DNA of 20,000 bases from an uncultured virus (IMG/VR IMGVR_UViG_3300015263_001049) (IMGVR_UViG_3300015263_001049); one strand, 5' to 3'. Counted from the first letter of the stretch, positions 6,493-16,411 are shown. The notes: generated from the sequence alone by a model not told the origin. Numbers and translations are program-made.

Positions 6493-6800
6493 GGGATCCA
6501 CTTGAGGGTAACGTAGGCCGTCGCTTGAGCGAGCGAAGGGAAGGTCCCTTGTGGGGCGCATTCACCGGAGACTTTGAAGCCTTCGGGGGTCAGCTCGATG
6601 AGGAAGCTCCCGTGGACGATGTTGACGAGGGGTTGGACCTCTCGGTGTGTTCCGCCACGGATCAGGTGGGGGTTTTGGCCTCGTGAGCGGGAGTTTTCCC
6701 AATCGAGAGGATGGGAGGCTTTGGCGTAGAGTCCTGCGTGTGTCAGCTCGTCTACGGATTCTTGGACATGTGCGAAGAGAAGAACGTCGTCGGGGGTCAT
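6489..6800 (-). CDS. hypothetical protein
   Basis: ATGA coupling, protein-like composition. Confidence 0.7.
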   Translation of the reverse strand: MTPDDVLLFAHVQESVDELTHAGLYAKASHPLDWENSRSRGQNPHLIRGGTHREVQPLVNIVHGSFLIELTPEGFKVSGECAPQGTFPSLAQATAYVTLKWIP

Positions 6801-7063
6801 ACTTTGCGGGCACGTGGGCCGTACTTCAGAACGGTGAGGGGGTCGAGGAGCGGGGAGCGGTACTTTTGCTCGGAGGGCCGTGACATCTTGTAGATTCGCG
6901 GCTTGTTCCAGTTGGGGCTATGGCATTTGGGGCATTTGCCTGGCTCGGGCCACGGGTCTTCGGGCTTTTTGCCATCGGGCTCGCGTTCGATGCCTTGGGG
7001 TTCCCATTCCCAGCCGCAGCGGATGCAGCGGTAGCCCCACATGGCGATGAGGGTCAGGGGCAT
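6797..7063 (-). CDS. Zn-ribbon protein
   Basis: CIRCGWEW...CPKCHSPNWNKPR. Confidence 0.8.
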   Translation of the reverse strand: MPLTLIAMWGYRCIRCGWEWEPQGIEREPDGKKPEDPWPEPGKCPKCHSPNWNKPRIYKMSRPSEQKYRSPLLDPLTVLKYGPRARKV

Positions 7064-7440
7064 ACGTCCTCACGCTCGAAACGGGTGGGTGCAATCCGGA
7101 GTGTCGCTCTTTGGGGGCATGGGATCCACGTCATCCACAAGGAGTTACGCCTTGAGATCCACCAATGGCTGTGGACCTTCTTGCGGAGGTACTCGGGGGC
7201 GTTAGGGTCGTCGGACTCGATGCTCACGCGGTGGCAGTCCGGGTCTGGGCTCCACTCGGTCTTGACGACACGAGCGGGGTAGACCCCGTGCATATCTGCG
7301 ACCTTGAGCCAATCACCGGGGCTCACGTCGAGGGGGCAATCCCAATCCGTTGTGCATTTAGGGCAACGGCACAAGTGGAAGATGCGGCACGTCCCACCGT
7401 TCGGTGGTGTGTCCCATTCGCCTGGGAAGGTGCAGCTCAT
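7054..7440 (-). CDS. Cys-rich hypothetical protein ending PTRFEREDVCP
   Basis: Start re-assigned to ATG 7440 (ATGA overlap, upstream GAGGAG). Confidence 0.7.
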   Translation of the reverse strand: MSCTFPGEWDTPPNGGTCRIFHLCRCPKCTTDWDCPLDVSPGDWLKVADMHGVYPARVVKTEWSPDPDCHRVSIESDDPNAPEYLRKKVHSHWWISRRNSLWMTWIPCPQRATLRIAPTRFEREDVCP

Positions 7441-7748
7441 GGGCTCCTCACCGCGTGGCACTCGGAGGGCGTGTGCAAGGCTTCCTCCTGGGAGAGCCAG
7501 AAAGTCCCGCAATCGGAGCAAACGTAGCCTTGGTCGTGACGAGGGAGGATCGGTCCCCGATGGGCGTCGCATACCCTCCCTGGCAGCTCCATCAGTTCGG
7601 TCTTCAAGTGCCCCGTGTGGTAGATGGTTTCGCCGTTGGGGCCGACGAACGAGCGATCGTAGGCTCTGACGGTCTCGCGTTCTTGAAACGTGAGCAAGCT
7701 CGGAGCTTGATGCTGAGCGTTGGGGGCGTTGCAGATGATGCAGTTCAC
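7437..7748 (-). CDS. Zn-finger-like protein
   Basis: CIIC, CDAH and CSDC motifs. GTGA coupling. Confidence 0.7.
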   Translation of the reverse strand: MNCIICNAPNAQHQAPSLLTFQERETVRAYDRSFVGPNGETIYHTGHLKTELMELPGRVCDAHRGPILPRHDQGYVCSDCGTFWLSQEEALHTPSECHAVRSP

Positions 7749-7915
7749 GGCTCTTCTTCCCGTTCCCGCTCTTGCTTCTCGCGGATCTCGGAGACCGCAC
7801 GGAGGCCAGCGGCGAAGGCGTTGGCTCCATCGGCGAACTCTTTGGCCTTCTTGGGGTCCTTGAGAAGCTCACGGAGGGCGGGCGTGATGACGAGGGTGCG
7901 GGGCTTGAGGTTCAT
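7745..7915 (-). CDS. small helical protein (MNLKPRTLVIT...)
   Basis: ATGA overlap at 7912-7915. Confidence 0.65.
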   Translation of the reverse strand: MNLKPRTLVITPALRELLKDPKKAKEFADGANAFAAGLRAVSEIREKQEREREEEP

Positions 7916-8325
7916 TCGGTGGGGTACTTGAGGAAGTCTGGGACCGTGAGGGAGATCAGCGGGCCAGTTCCCGGCCACTCCACTTCATGGCAGAGAAACA
8001 AGTTGCCCTTCCGGCGATAGAAGCACAGCACGTACTCGGGCTCACTTTTCCTTGCGGGCGGGTGGTCCCACACGGACAGGTGAAACCAACGGCTTTCGAC
8101 GAAGCCGTCCTTCGTGTTCAGAGGGATGCTCCAACCGCCGCCTTTGATGTTCTCCTTGATGAGCTTGTCTTTGCTCTCGTCGTTGCTGCCGACCATGCCT
8201 CCTTGAAACAAGTGGGCGTAGTAGTCGGGTGGCGACGTGGTGACACGCAGAACACCGGGGCACTCGTTCGGCTCGATGTGGATGGAGTGCTCGTCATCAA
8301 GGGCGGACGCTATGGAGAGGAGCAT
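7912..8325 (-). CDS. hypothetical protein (MLLSIASALDD...)
   Basis: ATG 8325 with upstream AAGGAAG. Confidence 0.7.
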   Translation of the reverse strand: MLLSIASALDDEHSIHIEPNECPGVLRVTTSPPDYYAHLFQGGMVGSNDESKDKLIKENIKGGGWSIPLNTKDGFVESRWFHLSVWDHPPARKSEPEYVLCFYRRKGNLFLCHEVEWPGTGPLISLTVPDFLKYPTE

Positions 8326-8552
8326 GGTTCTTCCTTGGTTAGTTGCCTTCTTACGCTCGCGATGACCTTCTCGAACTTCCGCCCGTGCTCGGGGCACACG
8401 TCCGGGGTGTACCAGTCGATGAAGTCACGGGTGCGGGCTTCGGCGTAGCCGGTGACGAATCCAACGATGAGGATGTCGTCCTTTCCCGAGTGCTTGCAGG
8501 GGCCGGCGATGAGGCGGCAGATGTAGCAATCGGGGGCGAGTACGGTCGTCAT
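8310..8552 (-). CDS. small Cys/His protein (MTTVLAPDCYIC...)
   Basis: ATGA overlap at 8549-8552. Confidence 0.7.
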   Translation of the reverse strand: MTTVLAPDCYICRLIAGPCKHSGKDDILIVGFVTGYAEARTRDFIDWYTPDVCPEHGRKFEKVIASVRRQLTKEEPCSSP

Positions 8553-9433
8553 GGGCTCTCCAACAGGGCACCGTTCTCGGGGAGGATGAGCGTCACGAGG
8601 TAGTCTTTCAGCTCGGAGTCGTCCCGGAATTGCTTGTAGAAACGTGAAGCTCCCCCGGCGTCCCCAAAGCGATGACCCGTGCGGGCGCCTGTATGGAAGC
8701 TCCAATTTTTGCGACCCTCCGTGGTTTGAACGTCTTGCCTCGGCCCGCCAGCCGAGTGCATCCCGCCACCCAAGCTCTGCCTATCCAGCGCAGCGACCGG
8801 GCAGCCTGGGATACAGATCCAGTTGGGGACGGTTTCGGTTCCGTCTTCCCCGACGTGAATCGTAGCGACCTTGCTCTGTCTGGCACCATAAACGCCCGTT
8901 GTGATCGTACCCTCTCGACCTCTACCTACTGCACTAGACCTGTTGGCGCCTTGGACCGTTTTGGTTCCTTCTTGACGGCAACCTTCCCCGTGGACGAAGA
9001 CGAGGTTGGAGGGCCATCGTCCGGTTGAATGGGCGTAGGAGCCGGCTCGCTCTGCATTCGCGAACGACTTACCCTCGAATCCGCCATGGGCGTTCTTTGT
9101 TCCTCGGGCGTTCGCTGCGCTTCGGCCGTAGTCGTCCTCCGATGCCATACCGATACGGCAGGCGTCGATGTTGATCGCCCCCGTTCCGGTCTTCAACAGT
9201 TGATCGGCCACCGTACCTTCGAGGGGCTTACGTAGGAGCACGGCGAAGCTGAGCCCCTTCGGGCTAGCGATGGCGATCGTGTCCCGGACTTCCATCCCAG
9301 CACGACGGGCGTTGACGGAAGAGAGCCAAGGGGATTCCCCAATGAGGATCACGTGAGCCCCTGGAAGGAGGCTCTCCGAAACCTCGGGCCACATGAGGGC
9401 GTCCGAGGCTTTCAGGAAGGCTCCGTGGTTCAT
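8549..9433 (-). CDS. degenerate homologue of phage N6A/N4C DNA methyltransferases, catalytic motifs absent
   Basis: Retains GMEVRDTI, RKPLEGTVA..L..GTGAINIDACRI, GRWPSNL and GGASRFY. Lacks DPPY, HPTVKP and DPFxGSG. Confidence 0.8.
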   Translation of the reverse strand: MNHGAFLKASDALMWPEVSESLLPGAHVILIGESPWLSSVNARRAGMEVRDTIAIASPKGLSFAVLLRKPLEGTVADQLLKTGTGAINIDACRIGMASEDDYGRSAANARGTKNAHGGFEGKSFANAERAGSYAHSTGRWPSNLVFVHGEGCRQEGTKTVQGANRSSAVGRGREGTITTGVYGARQSKVATIHVGEDGTETVPNWICIPGCPVAALDRQSLGGGMHSAGGPRQDVQTTEGRKNWSFHTGARTGHRFGDAGGASRFYKQFRDDSELKDYLVTLILPENGALLESP

Positions 9434-9969
9434 GGGAAGGCTTGACCTACCATCACGGGAAAGCGCTTCCTAAACTCTTGGAGAAGCTCGTTTTTGACCG
9501 GCTCAGCCAGGTGCGTGTGCTCTTGGTCCGTTCCTGGGTGCTTGATGCCCGTGGTCTTGGGCCACGGCTTGCCCGTCAACATGACACTGAGGCTGGGCGT
9601 ACCGAGGGGCTTCACGTAGTGCCAGCCGTGGGGGTGGTTCATTTCGTAGCGTGAGCCGGCCGTGAGGATGAGCGTAGCGACCTCGGCTTCACCGTTTTGG
9701 CCGAACCTTCCGACGCCCATCATGTACTGTCCGGACAAGACTCGGATGGCGCTGGGCCACGGGTGCGGGTGCTTGAGCGGGCGGTCGCACGGGTGAATCC
9801 GGTGGAGCATGAGCCTGTACTCGCCAAGCTGGATCCAGACCCTTTCCACGTGGGGGTCTTCGTAGGTGACGTTGAGGCTCTTCCATGGGGTCGCGGGGTC
9901 AGCGAGGAGGCCGGGCAGCTCACGATGGCAGATGCCGTCGAGCGTTTCGATGAGGGAGCCGGGTTTCAC
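9430..9969 (-). CDS. cupin-like (double-stranded beta-helix) metal-binding protein
   Basis: LHRIH...HPHPW...VLSGQY...WHYV pattern. Confidence 0.7.
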   Translation of the reverse strand: MKPGSLIETLDGICHRELPGLLADPATPWKSLNVTYEDPHVERVWIQLGEYRLMLHRIHPCDRPLKHPHPWPSAIRVLSGQYMMGVGRFGQNGEAEVATLILTAGSRYEMNHPHGWHYVKPLGTPSLSVMLTGKPWPKTTGIKHPGTDQEHTHLAEPVKNELLQEFRKRFPVMVGQAFP

Positions 9970-10154
9970 GTGAGATTCGGGGCGATGTGGGTAACGAGCG
10001 TAGCCGGGTTGATCTCCGCCTTGAACGTGGCGCCTTCGGGGGTCTTGAGCGTCAAGAACGCCTTGTGCGTCCCTTCGACGGGCTTGATCTCGGTAATCTT
10101 GTCGTTCACGGGGTCACGCACTTGCTCGATTTGGCGGGACTCTTCAATCAGCAT
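9966..10154 (-). CDS. hypothetical protein (MLIEESRQ...)
   Basis: In-frame ATG at 10154. Its stop overlaps the next GTG. Confidence 0.65.
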   Translation of the reverse strand: MLIEESRQIEQVRDPVNDKITEIKPVEGTHKAFLTLKTPEGATFKAEINPATLVTHIAPNLT

Positions 10155-10239
10155 TTTTGTGGAGCTTCCAAACGATGTAACCGGAACCAAGGGCGATGGT
10201 AGCCCCGAATACGACAGCGGCGATGGTGAGGCCGGTCAT
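10144..10239 (-). CDS. 31-aa single-pass membrane peptide (MTGLTIAAVVFGATIALGSGYIVWKLHKNAD)
   Basis: Manually translated. TGATG coupling, fills the gap, hydrophobic helix with a basic tail. Confidence 0.65.
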   Translation of the reverse strand: MTGLTIAAVVFGATIALGSGYIVWKLHKNAD

Positions 10240-10424
10240 CACGACAGGGAGCCTCGCTTGGGCGTCCTATCGGAGCCTTCGGAGAAGGGTGTTCGGTAGA
10301 ACCTCGCCAGCTCGGAGTCATCGGGCCGAACTCCGCTTTGGTACAGGGGTTCTAGGCCGAGGAAGTTGCGGAGTGCGTCCGCGAAGATGGAGAGCTTGAG
10401 GTTCTCTTCACGACGGGCGTTCAT
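10239..10424 (-). CDS. hypothetical protein (MNARREENLK...)
   Basis: ORF-track frame; ATG 10424 chosen as start. Confidence 0.6.
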   Translation of the reverse strand: MNARREENLKLSIFADALRNFLGLEPLYQSGVRPDDSELARFYRTPFSEGSDRTPKRGSLS

Positions 10425-10653
10425 ACCCTGGTACCTCAAACGTCATGGCCTTGATGCTCTCCACGGCCTCGGGGAAAGCTCTTTGGGCGAGGACCCACCG
10501 GGCTTCTTCCAGGTTGTGAAGGAGCCAGTGGAGGCGTGTCGTCGCCAGAGCCCGTTTGTCCGGGGGTAGCGACGAGCACACTTGAATTTGGCTCATCGTG
10601 AAGTCGATCTCTTCGTCGATCTTCACGATGCGATCGATAGGCTCATCGGGCAT
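10408..10653 (-). CDS. hypothetical helical protein
   Basis: Starts 4 nt after the upstream stop. Confidence 0.65.
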   Translation of the reverse strand: MPDEPIDRIVKIDEEIDFTMSQIQVCSSLPPDKRALATTRLHWLLHNLEEARWVLAQRAFPEAVESIKAMTFEVPGYERPS

Positions 10654-10657
10654 GAGG

Positions 10658-11089
10658 TCAGCTCGACTTCGGGAGGTACCTTGTCTGGGCTCGTTCGCCG
10701 GTCTTCTCGATGAGCCCTTGCTCCAGGGCGGCCTTGATCAGCTCGGAGAGCTTGGGGCCGGTCGAGGTTCCGAGAGCCTTGGCGACGTCGGAGGCGGCCA
10801 TGGGCGTCGTGACAGCGGCCACGAGCTTGTCCAGCTCCTCCTTGGACGGTCCCGCCTTGGCGGGGGTACCATCGGCGTTCGTCTTGACCGGGAGGAAGTA
10901 GAACGTGTCCCCCTTAGAGACGATGTTGCAGACCTTCCCGCCGATGTCATGCGGACCCTTGCCGTGGGCGTCGCAGATTTGCTTCACAAGGGCGGCCCGA
11001 CGCCCCTTGACGACTTCCAGGGCTTTCTCGACCTTCTCTTGGGTCGCCGTTTGCTCCAGGTAGTTGTTGATCAGAGTCGACTTTTCCAC
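10658..11089 (-). CDS. protein with a C-terminal winged-helix-like DNA-binding domain
   Basis: ASDVAKALG...LIKAALEQGLIEKTGERAQTRY. GAGG SD before the GTG. Confidence 0.75.
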   Translation of the reverse strand: MEKSTLINNYLEQTATQEKVEKALEVVKGRRAALVKQICDAHGKGPHDIGGKVCNIVSKGDTFYFLPVKTNADGTPAKAGPSKEELDKLVAAVTTPMAASDVAKALGTSTGPKLSELIKAALEQGLIEKTGERAQTRYLPKSS

Positions 11090-11123
11090 AAGTAGCCTCG
11101 TTTCCGTTGGGTAGGGGTTGTTC

Positions 11124-11129
11124 TACACC
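11124..11129 (-). promoter_or_regulatory. GGTGTA element upstream of the leadered operon starting at 11089
   Basis: Motif lies in the divergent intergenic gap. Confidence 0.6.
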
Positions 11130-11176
11130 ACCGGGCAATACCCCGCTCGCAGATCGTCTTGTAAAACGAGCGAGGC

Positions 11177-11746
11177 ATGGGCTCGTCGCAGGTGATGGCG
11201 CTTCGGGTGGCAGCTCGGTTCATCCGAGCCAACTCCATGTGGTACCACTTGACGGATCGGGCGAAGTTCAAGCTCGATCCGAAGTTCACGCCAGCGGACA
11301 ACGCCATCGCGATCGAGGATCGTTCGGGGCGACCTGGGATCTACCTTGGGCAGAGCGTCGAGGCGTGGGTCAACGGGTACAACTACTGGCGCCCCTTCGT
11401 GGTGGAGATCAAGGTCGACCCTTCGGTCAAGGACGATCCGGGCGTTCATGGGCGCTACGGCGGCGAAATGTTCGTCCCAGCGACTTCGTTCGACAAGCTC
11501 CATATCCAACGGGTCATCCCGATCGATGCCTATGCTCGCGAGGAGTACGGTGAGCCAGGTTGGGTTGAGAGCGACCTTGGCGTGGAATTTGACACGGGTG
11601 AGCCGATTCCGCAGCGAGGACAGCCGGGTTGGGCGGAGGCGTACAAGAAGTACCGGGGTTACAGGTACCCCGGTCCCGATGTACGGCAGATGCCGGCCGG
11701 GGATGCTGCTCGGTTGAAGAAGGATCTTCGGAAGGCCAAGCGCTAG
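11177..11746 (+). CDS. putative ADP-ribosyltransferase-fold protein
   Basis: WYHLT...GIYL...VVEIKV...EMFV matches the H-Y-E-type strand pattern. Fold assignment is by eye. Confidence 0.55.
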   Translation: MGSSQVMALRVAARFIRANSMWYHLTDRAKFKLDPKFTPADNAIAIEDRSGRPGIYLGQSVEAWVNGYNYWRPFVVEIKVDPSVKDDPGVHGRYGGEMFVPATSFDKLHIQRVIPIDAYAREEYGEPGWVESDLGVEFDTGEPIPQRGQPGWAEAYKKYRGYRYPGPDVRQMPAGDAARLKKDLRKAKR

Positions 11747-12078
11747 GCTCGTAGGAGCTTGATCAGCTCGCTTAGGTCGCCGTGGGTCTTCCTGTAGTGA
11801 GGGTAGCCCTTCGGTACTCTACTGGGCTCCATAGACGAGCAGATGACGATACGCGGCAGGTTCAGGAAGTCCTTGACGGCTTCCAAAAACTCATAGCCTG
11901 TCATCACGGGCATCATCAGATCCAAGGCGATGGAGTCAAACGGCTCGCCTCCGGCCTTCAAGACTTCAAGAGCCTCCCACCCATCCCTTGTGGGCGTTAC
12001 CTTGAACCCTTCTAGGGTCAAGGAGGTCTCGGTCAACTCCCTCAGATCCACGTCATCTTCAACGAGGAGCACCCGCAT
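11743..12078 (-). CDS. stand-alone CheY-like response-regulator receiver
   Basis: MRVLLVEDD, ALDLMMPVMTGYEFL (phosphoacceptor D), ICSS, and K followed by T instead of P. Confidence 0.92.
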   Translation of the reverse strand: MRVLLVEDDVDLRELTETSLTLEGFKVTPTRDGWEALEVLKAGGEPFDSIALDLMMPVMTGYEFLEAVKDFLNLPRIVICSSMEPSRVPKGYPHYRKTHGDLSELIKLLRA

Positions 12079-12088
12079 AACCTTGAGA

Positions 12089-12094
12089 TACACC
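12089..12094 (-). promoter_or_regulatory. GGTGTA element, 10 nt before ATG 12078
   Basis: GGTGTATCTCAAGGTTATG, nearly identical to the 16709 copy. Confidence 0.7.
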
Positions 12095-12174
12095 ATTACA
12101 AACCGGCCATCTCGAAACGCATAATTTGCAGGGGCTTTTCGCCGCAGTCTTGAGGGCGTTCAGAGACCCCCGGA

Positions 12175-12477
12175 TCACTGCTTCTTTTTCCCGTTTCGCT
12201 TTGGGAGCCCCTCCATGGCCAACACTTGCTTGTTGAGAGCGGTGATGAGGTTCTTGACCCCATTCTTGTTGAGCCAGAAGCTCACGACTTCGCTCTCGTC
12301 CACGTCCTCGAATCCCTCGGTGTCGTTCCCGACCCAATGGATGCTGACGCGGAAGGGGTGGGAAGGGCGTTCAGGATCGGTTTCGACTTCGACGGCGAGG
12401 GCCGGTTCGGTGTCCGAAAGCTCTTGCTCCTCTGCGATAGCGAGGACAGGCGGGTTCCCTTTTAGGATGTCGTTCAT
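12175..12477 (-). CDS. acidic hypothetical protein (MNDILKG...)
   Basis: ATG 12477 with the variant GGGGTA 9 nt upstream. Confidence 0.7.
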   Translation of the reverse strand: MNDILKGNPPVLAIAEEQELSDTEPALAVEVETDPERPSHPFRVSIHWVGNDTEGFEDVDESEVVSFWLNKNGVKNLITALNKQVLAMEGLPKRNGKKKQ

Positions 12478-12494
12478 GGGGGTAGTTACCCCGC

Positions 12495-12722
12495 TCAGGC
12501 GATGTAGACCCCGTAGGCGTCCGTGGCGACGACCGAAACCCAACGTTGGTTTGGCTTCGGCCCGTGGTACGTGTGGAAGCGGCCCGTTTCAACGGTGGCT
12601 GTGGGGAGGATGAGGACGCCTTGCTTCGGGTCTTCCCGATTGAGCTTGAGGTTGACGGAGACGAGCATCTCCGCTTCCGGGTCCTCTTGACTGAGGCGGG
12701 CGATCAGCTCTTTGACCTTCAT
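12495..12722 (-). CDS. small phage protein (MKVKELIARLSQEDPE...)
   Basis: ATGA overlap. Resembles 774..971. Confidence 0.75.
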   Translation of the reverse strand: MKVKELIARLSQEDPEAEMLVSVNLKLNREDPKQGVLILPTATVETGRFHTYHGPKPNQRWVSVVATDAYGVYIA

Positions 12723-12910
12723 CGGGGCCTCGTGAGAATCATAGCGACGGTAGACGAGACGAACAGCAAGAGAAACCCTCGAACGTAAGGCCAGATGCGG
12801 GCCTCCGGGACCATGGCGAAGAAGACGAACGCCGTGATCGAGACGATGAAAATGGCGAGGGACATGCGGAAGCCGAGGGCTCGAAGCTCTCGGCGGTCTT
12901 CGGGGGTCAT
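12719..12910 (-). CDS. two-TM membrane protein
   Basis: Two hydrophobic stretches. Start at 12910 or 12949. Confidence 0.7.
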   Translation of the reverse strand: MTPEDRRELRALGFRMSLAIFIVSITAFVFFAMVPEARIWPYVRGFLLLFVSSTVAMILTRPR

Positions 12911-13009
12911 AGGTTTCGCCGGTACCAGTAGCAAGCGATACCAAGGCACACGAGAAGGGCCGGGGCGCCCGCGAGGAGCCCGTAGACGAGCAGGTAGTCC
13001 CTCAGTCGC

Positions 13010-13231
13010 TTACAGCTCACCGGACACCGCTTCTAGCCAGTACGCTTTCATCATCTCACGCTGGGCTTCCATGACGGCATCGAGCTTGCGGCGCAAGTCC
13101 TTTTGGAAGCGGCGTTCGTCAAGGGATAGGTGGGGTCTCCCTTGGAGGAGCTTCATCCGGTCGCGGGTGTCCTTCTCTTGTTGCTTCAGGTCCCGCCACT
13201 CGGCCCGCTCTTCTTCGCTCGGGTCGCGCAT
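13010..13231 (-). CDS. small coiled-coil protein
   Basis: Charged helical sequence, GGGGTA 8 nt upstream of the ATG. Confidence 0.7.
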   Translation of the reverse strand: MRDPSEEERAEWRDLKQQEKDTRDRMKLLQGRPHLSLDERRFQKDLRRKLDAVMEAQREMMKAYWLEAVSGEL

Positions 13232-13452
13232 GCCCCTACTACCCCGATAGGACGTTTACGGCTTGGTACCGACTCCTCCTCGGGTAGAGCGATACGCACA
13301 AGCGCCAAGCACGTAGGGCAGACGTAGTGCCACCCTTCCCCCGCCGCTTGATTTGGGTTTGATACAACGAAACCCTGCGTTGTAGGGTCGTGACAGAAGA
13401 GGCACGAATACGGGAACGGCGACTGCCGTAATTCGATACGAACCTTCGTCAC
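13186..13452 (-). CDS. Zn-finger protein (CLFC...CPTC)
   Basis: GTG 13452 overlaps the upstream TGA. Confidence 0.65.
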   Translation of the reverse strand: MTKVRIELRQSPFPYSCLFCHDPTTQGFVVSNPNQAAGEGWHYVCPTCLALVRIALPEEESVPSRKRPIGVVGACATRAKKSGPSGGT

Positions 13453-13775
13453 GCCGGGGGTCTCCACCCAGCCTTGGTAGCCGTCTCCATCCAAGGAAGC
13501 CAGAGCTTCTTCTTTTCTCGCTCACAACATCGCTCGGCAGCTTTGCAGGCGGAGAGAGCGTCCTTGGCGACCCCTTTCAGGACTTCCCGTCCGTGGTTGA
13601 AGGTTCGTACTTCAACGAGCCATCGGAAGAAGCCTTCGGCCTTGTCCACCTTGGCGACGATGGATGCGGGCCAGTGGTCCCACATGTTGAGCACCCAAGG
13701 CGATGTTTTGAGGGCCTTGTGGTGCCACGTGAACTTCGTCCCTTGCGGCGGGAAGTAGTCGAGGTCGTAGCTCAT
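13449..13775 (-). CDS. hypothetical protein (MSYDLDYF...AGWRPPA)
   Basis: ATGA overlap at 13772-13775. Confidence 0.75.
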   Translation of the reverse strand: MSYDLDYFPPQGTKFTWHHKALKTSPWVLNMWDHWPASIVAKVDKAEGFFRWLVEVRTFNHGREVLKGVAKDALSACKAAERCCEREKKKLWLPWMETATKAGWRPPA

Positions 13776-13996
13776 GGTCTTTCGCGTCGTGAACAGTCGC
13801 AGTCGCACTCCTCGCAGGCTTCTAGGCCGTGAGGTTCGCAGTGCCCGACAGAGACGGGCATCGCAACAGCCTTGAGGTAGAGGCACGTAGCGTCGTGCTT
13901 TTCCTTGGCCGTACAGATGCAGTCGGTCACCGGGGAACCGTCGATGTCCTCCCGGATGATGCCGCACTTGCCGCAGAAACCAGCCTCGTGAGCCAT
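13772..13996 (-). CDS. Cys/His-rich small metal-binding protein
   Basis: CGKC, CIC, HCEPH and CEECDCDC. ATG 4 nt after the upstream stop. Confidence 0.7.
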   Translation of the reverse strand: MAHEAGFCGKCGIIREDIDGSPVTDCICTAKEKHDATCLYLKAVAMPVSVGHCEPHGLEACEECDCDCSRRERP

Positions 13997-14000
13997 TGTC

Positions 14001-14428
14001 TCACTCGAACGGGCGACCGGCTGAGATCCAGCAGTCTTGTGAGCAGAGCGTCTTCTCGTGGTACTCACGGCCGATGTCTCCGATGGTCTTGGTGCATTCA
14101 CGACAGACGAGGTGCCCGCAGACCGAACAGCGCCACGTCACCTTAGTACCGTCGTCGTTGACGGTCTTGCCGCACCGGACACAATCGGTGCGAGGGTAAC
14201 CGAGGTCCCGCCAAGACGACTCGATGGAGCCGTCGTCCTTCGGCGGCTCGGGTGGCCGGTGCTTCGCGTGGCCTTGGCAAGCGTTGATGGCAGCGTCGAG
14301 GTCGCCAAACTCGATGGTCTTGCCGTCCGGCAGATGTGCCGTGAACCAGCGGTCGGTCGTGTTGAAGCCGACGAGCGTGTGGAAGGTCACCTTGAACCCT
14401 TCCGGGATCTTGGTGTCCTCTACGGGCT

Positions 14429-14450
<22 letters not shown>
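14001..14450 (-). CDS. protein with a C-terminal multi-Cys Zn finger
   Basis: CVRC...CSVC...CREC...CSQDC. Confidence 0.75.
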
Positions 14451-15787
<1,337 letters not shown>

Positions 15788-15838
15788 TCAAATATACTCT
15801 AAACGAGGTGGTTTTCGAGGTCGACGGGCTCGACGGTC

Positions 15839-16411
15839 TCACGGTTGGTCATTAATCCGCTCAAACCGAGACCTACCGCGAGACGGGTCGCTCAACCCCC
15901 CATAGTTGAACTCGATCTTACCTAGATCGACAAATCCCTTGGGGTTGTAGTTACCTAGCCGAAGAGTCAGCTTGTTTTTTGTGACCAGCCGCGTGTCTCC
16001 GTTTCGCCGGGTTACGACGTGACTTTGGTGGACAACCGCACACCAATTCTGCTTTAGCTCAAGGCAGAAGAGGTCAACGCAAAGCACCATAGGTGTCCAA
16101 CGGGGCCGCAACCCAGGGACAGGGTTGCGGCCCCCCCAAACTCTCGAATGCCCCTCGATGACCACACGGGCGCCTTCGTCGCCCAAGGTTTCACTCAAGG
16201 CTGCATTGAGAGCGAACAACCTCGCCTTCGGCATAGTTGAATTGGCTTCGCATGTGGGGGCCAGCATGCGCCAATCCTTGGTTTTGATCTCGCGCCCTAT
16301 TTGGAAGGATACCTTCGGAGGCTCTTCGTAGCCGACAACGAACACAAGCCCATCGGGTACTTGGTCGGCGTAAACATCAAGAATCATGTCATTTGTTGTG
16401 TCGATGATCAT
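15839..16411 (-). CDS. hypothetical protein ending RSRFERINDQP
   Basis: 190-aa ORF, ATGA coupling. Confidence 0.75.
   Translation of the reverse strand: MIIDTTNDMILDVYADQVPDGLVFVVGYEEPPKVSFQIGREIKTKDWRMLAPTCEANSTMPKARLFALNAALSETLGDEGARVVIEGHSRVWGGRNPVPGLRPRWTPMVLCVDLFCLELKQNWCAVVHQSHVVTRRNGDTRLVTKNKLTLRLGNYNPKGFVDLGKIEFNYGGLSDPSRGRSRFERINDQP

Noticed and set aside
8549..9433. Calling this an active methyltransferase that protects against the Eco29kI-like enzyme, or a pseudogene
   Set aside because: It is the wrong class (amino rather than C5) and lacks catalytic motifs, but the frame is intact and coupled at both ends.
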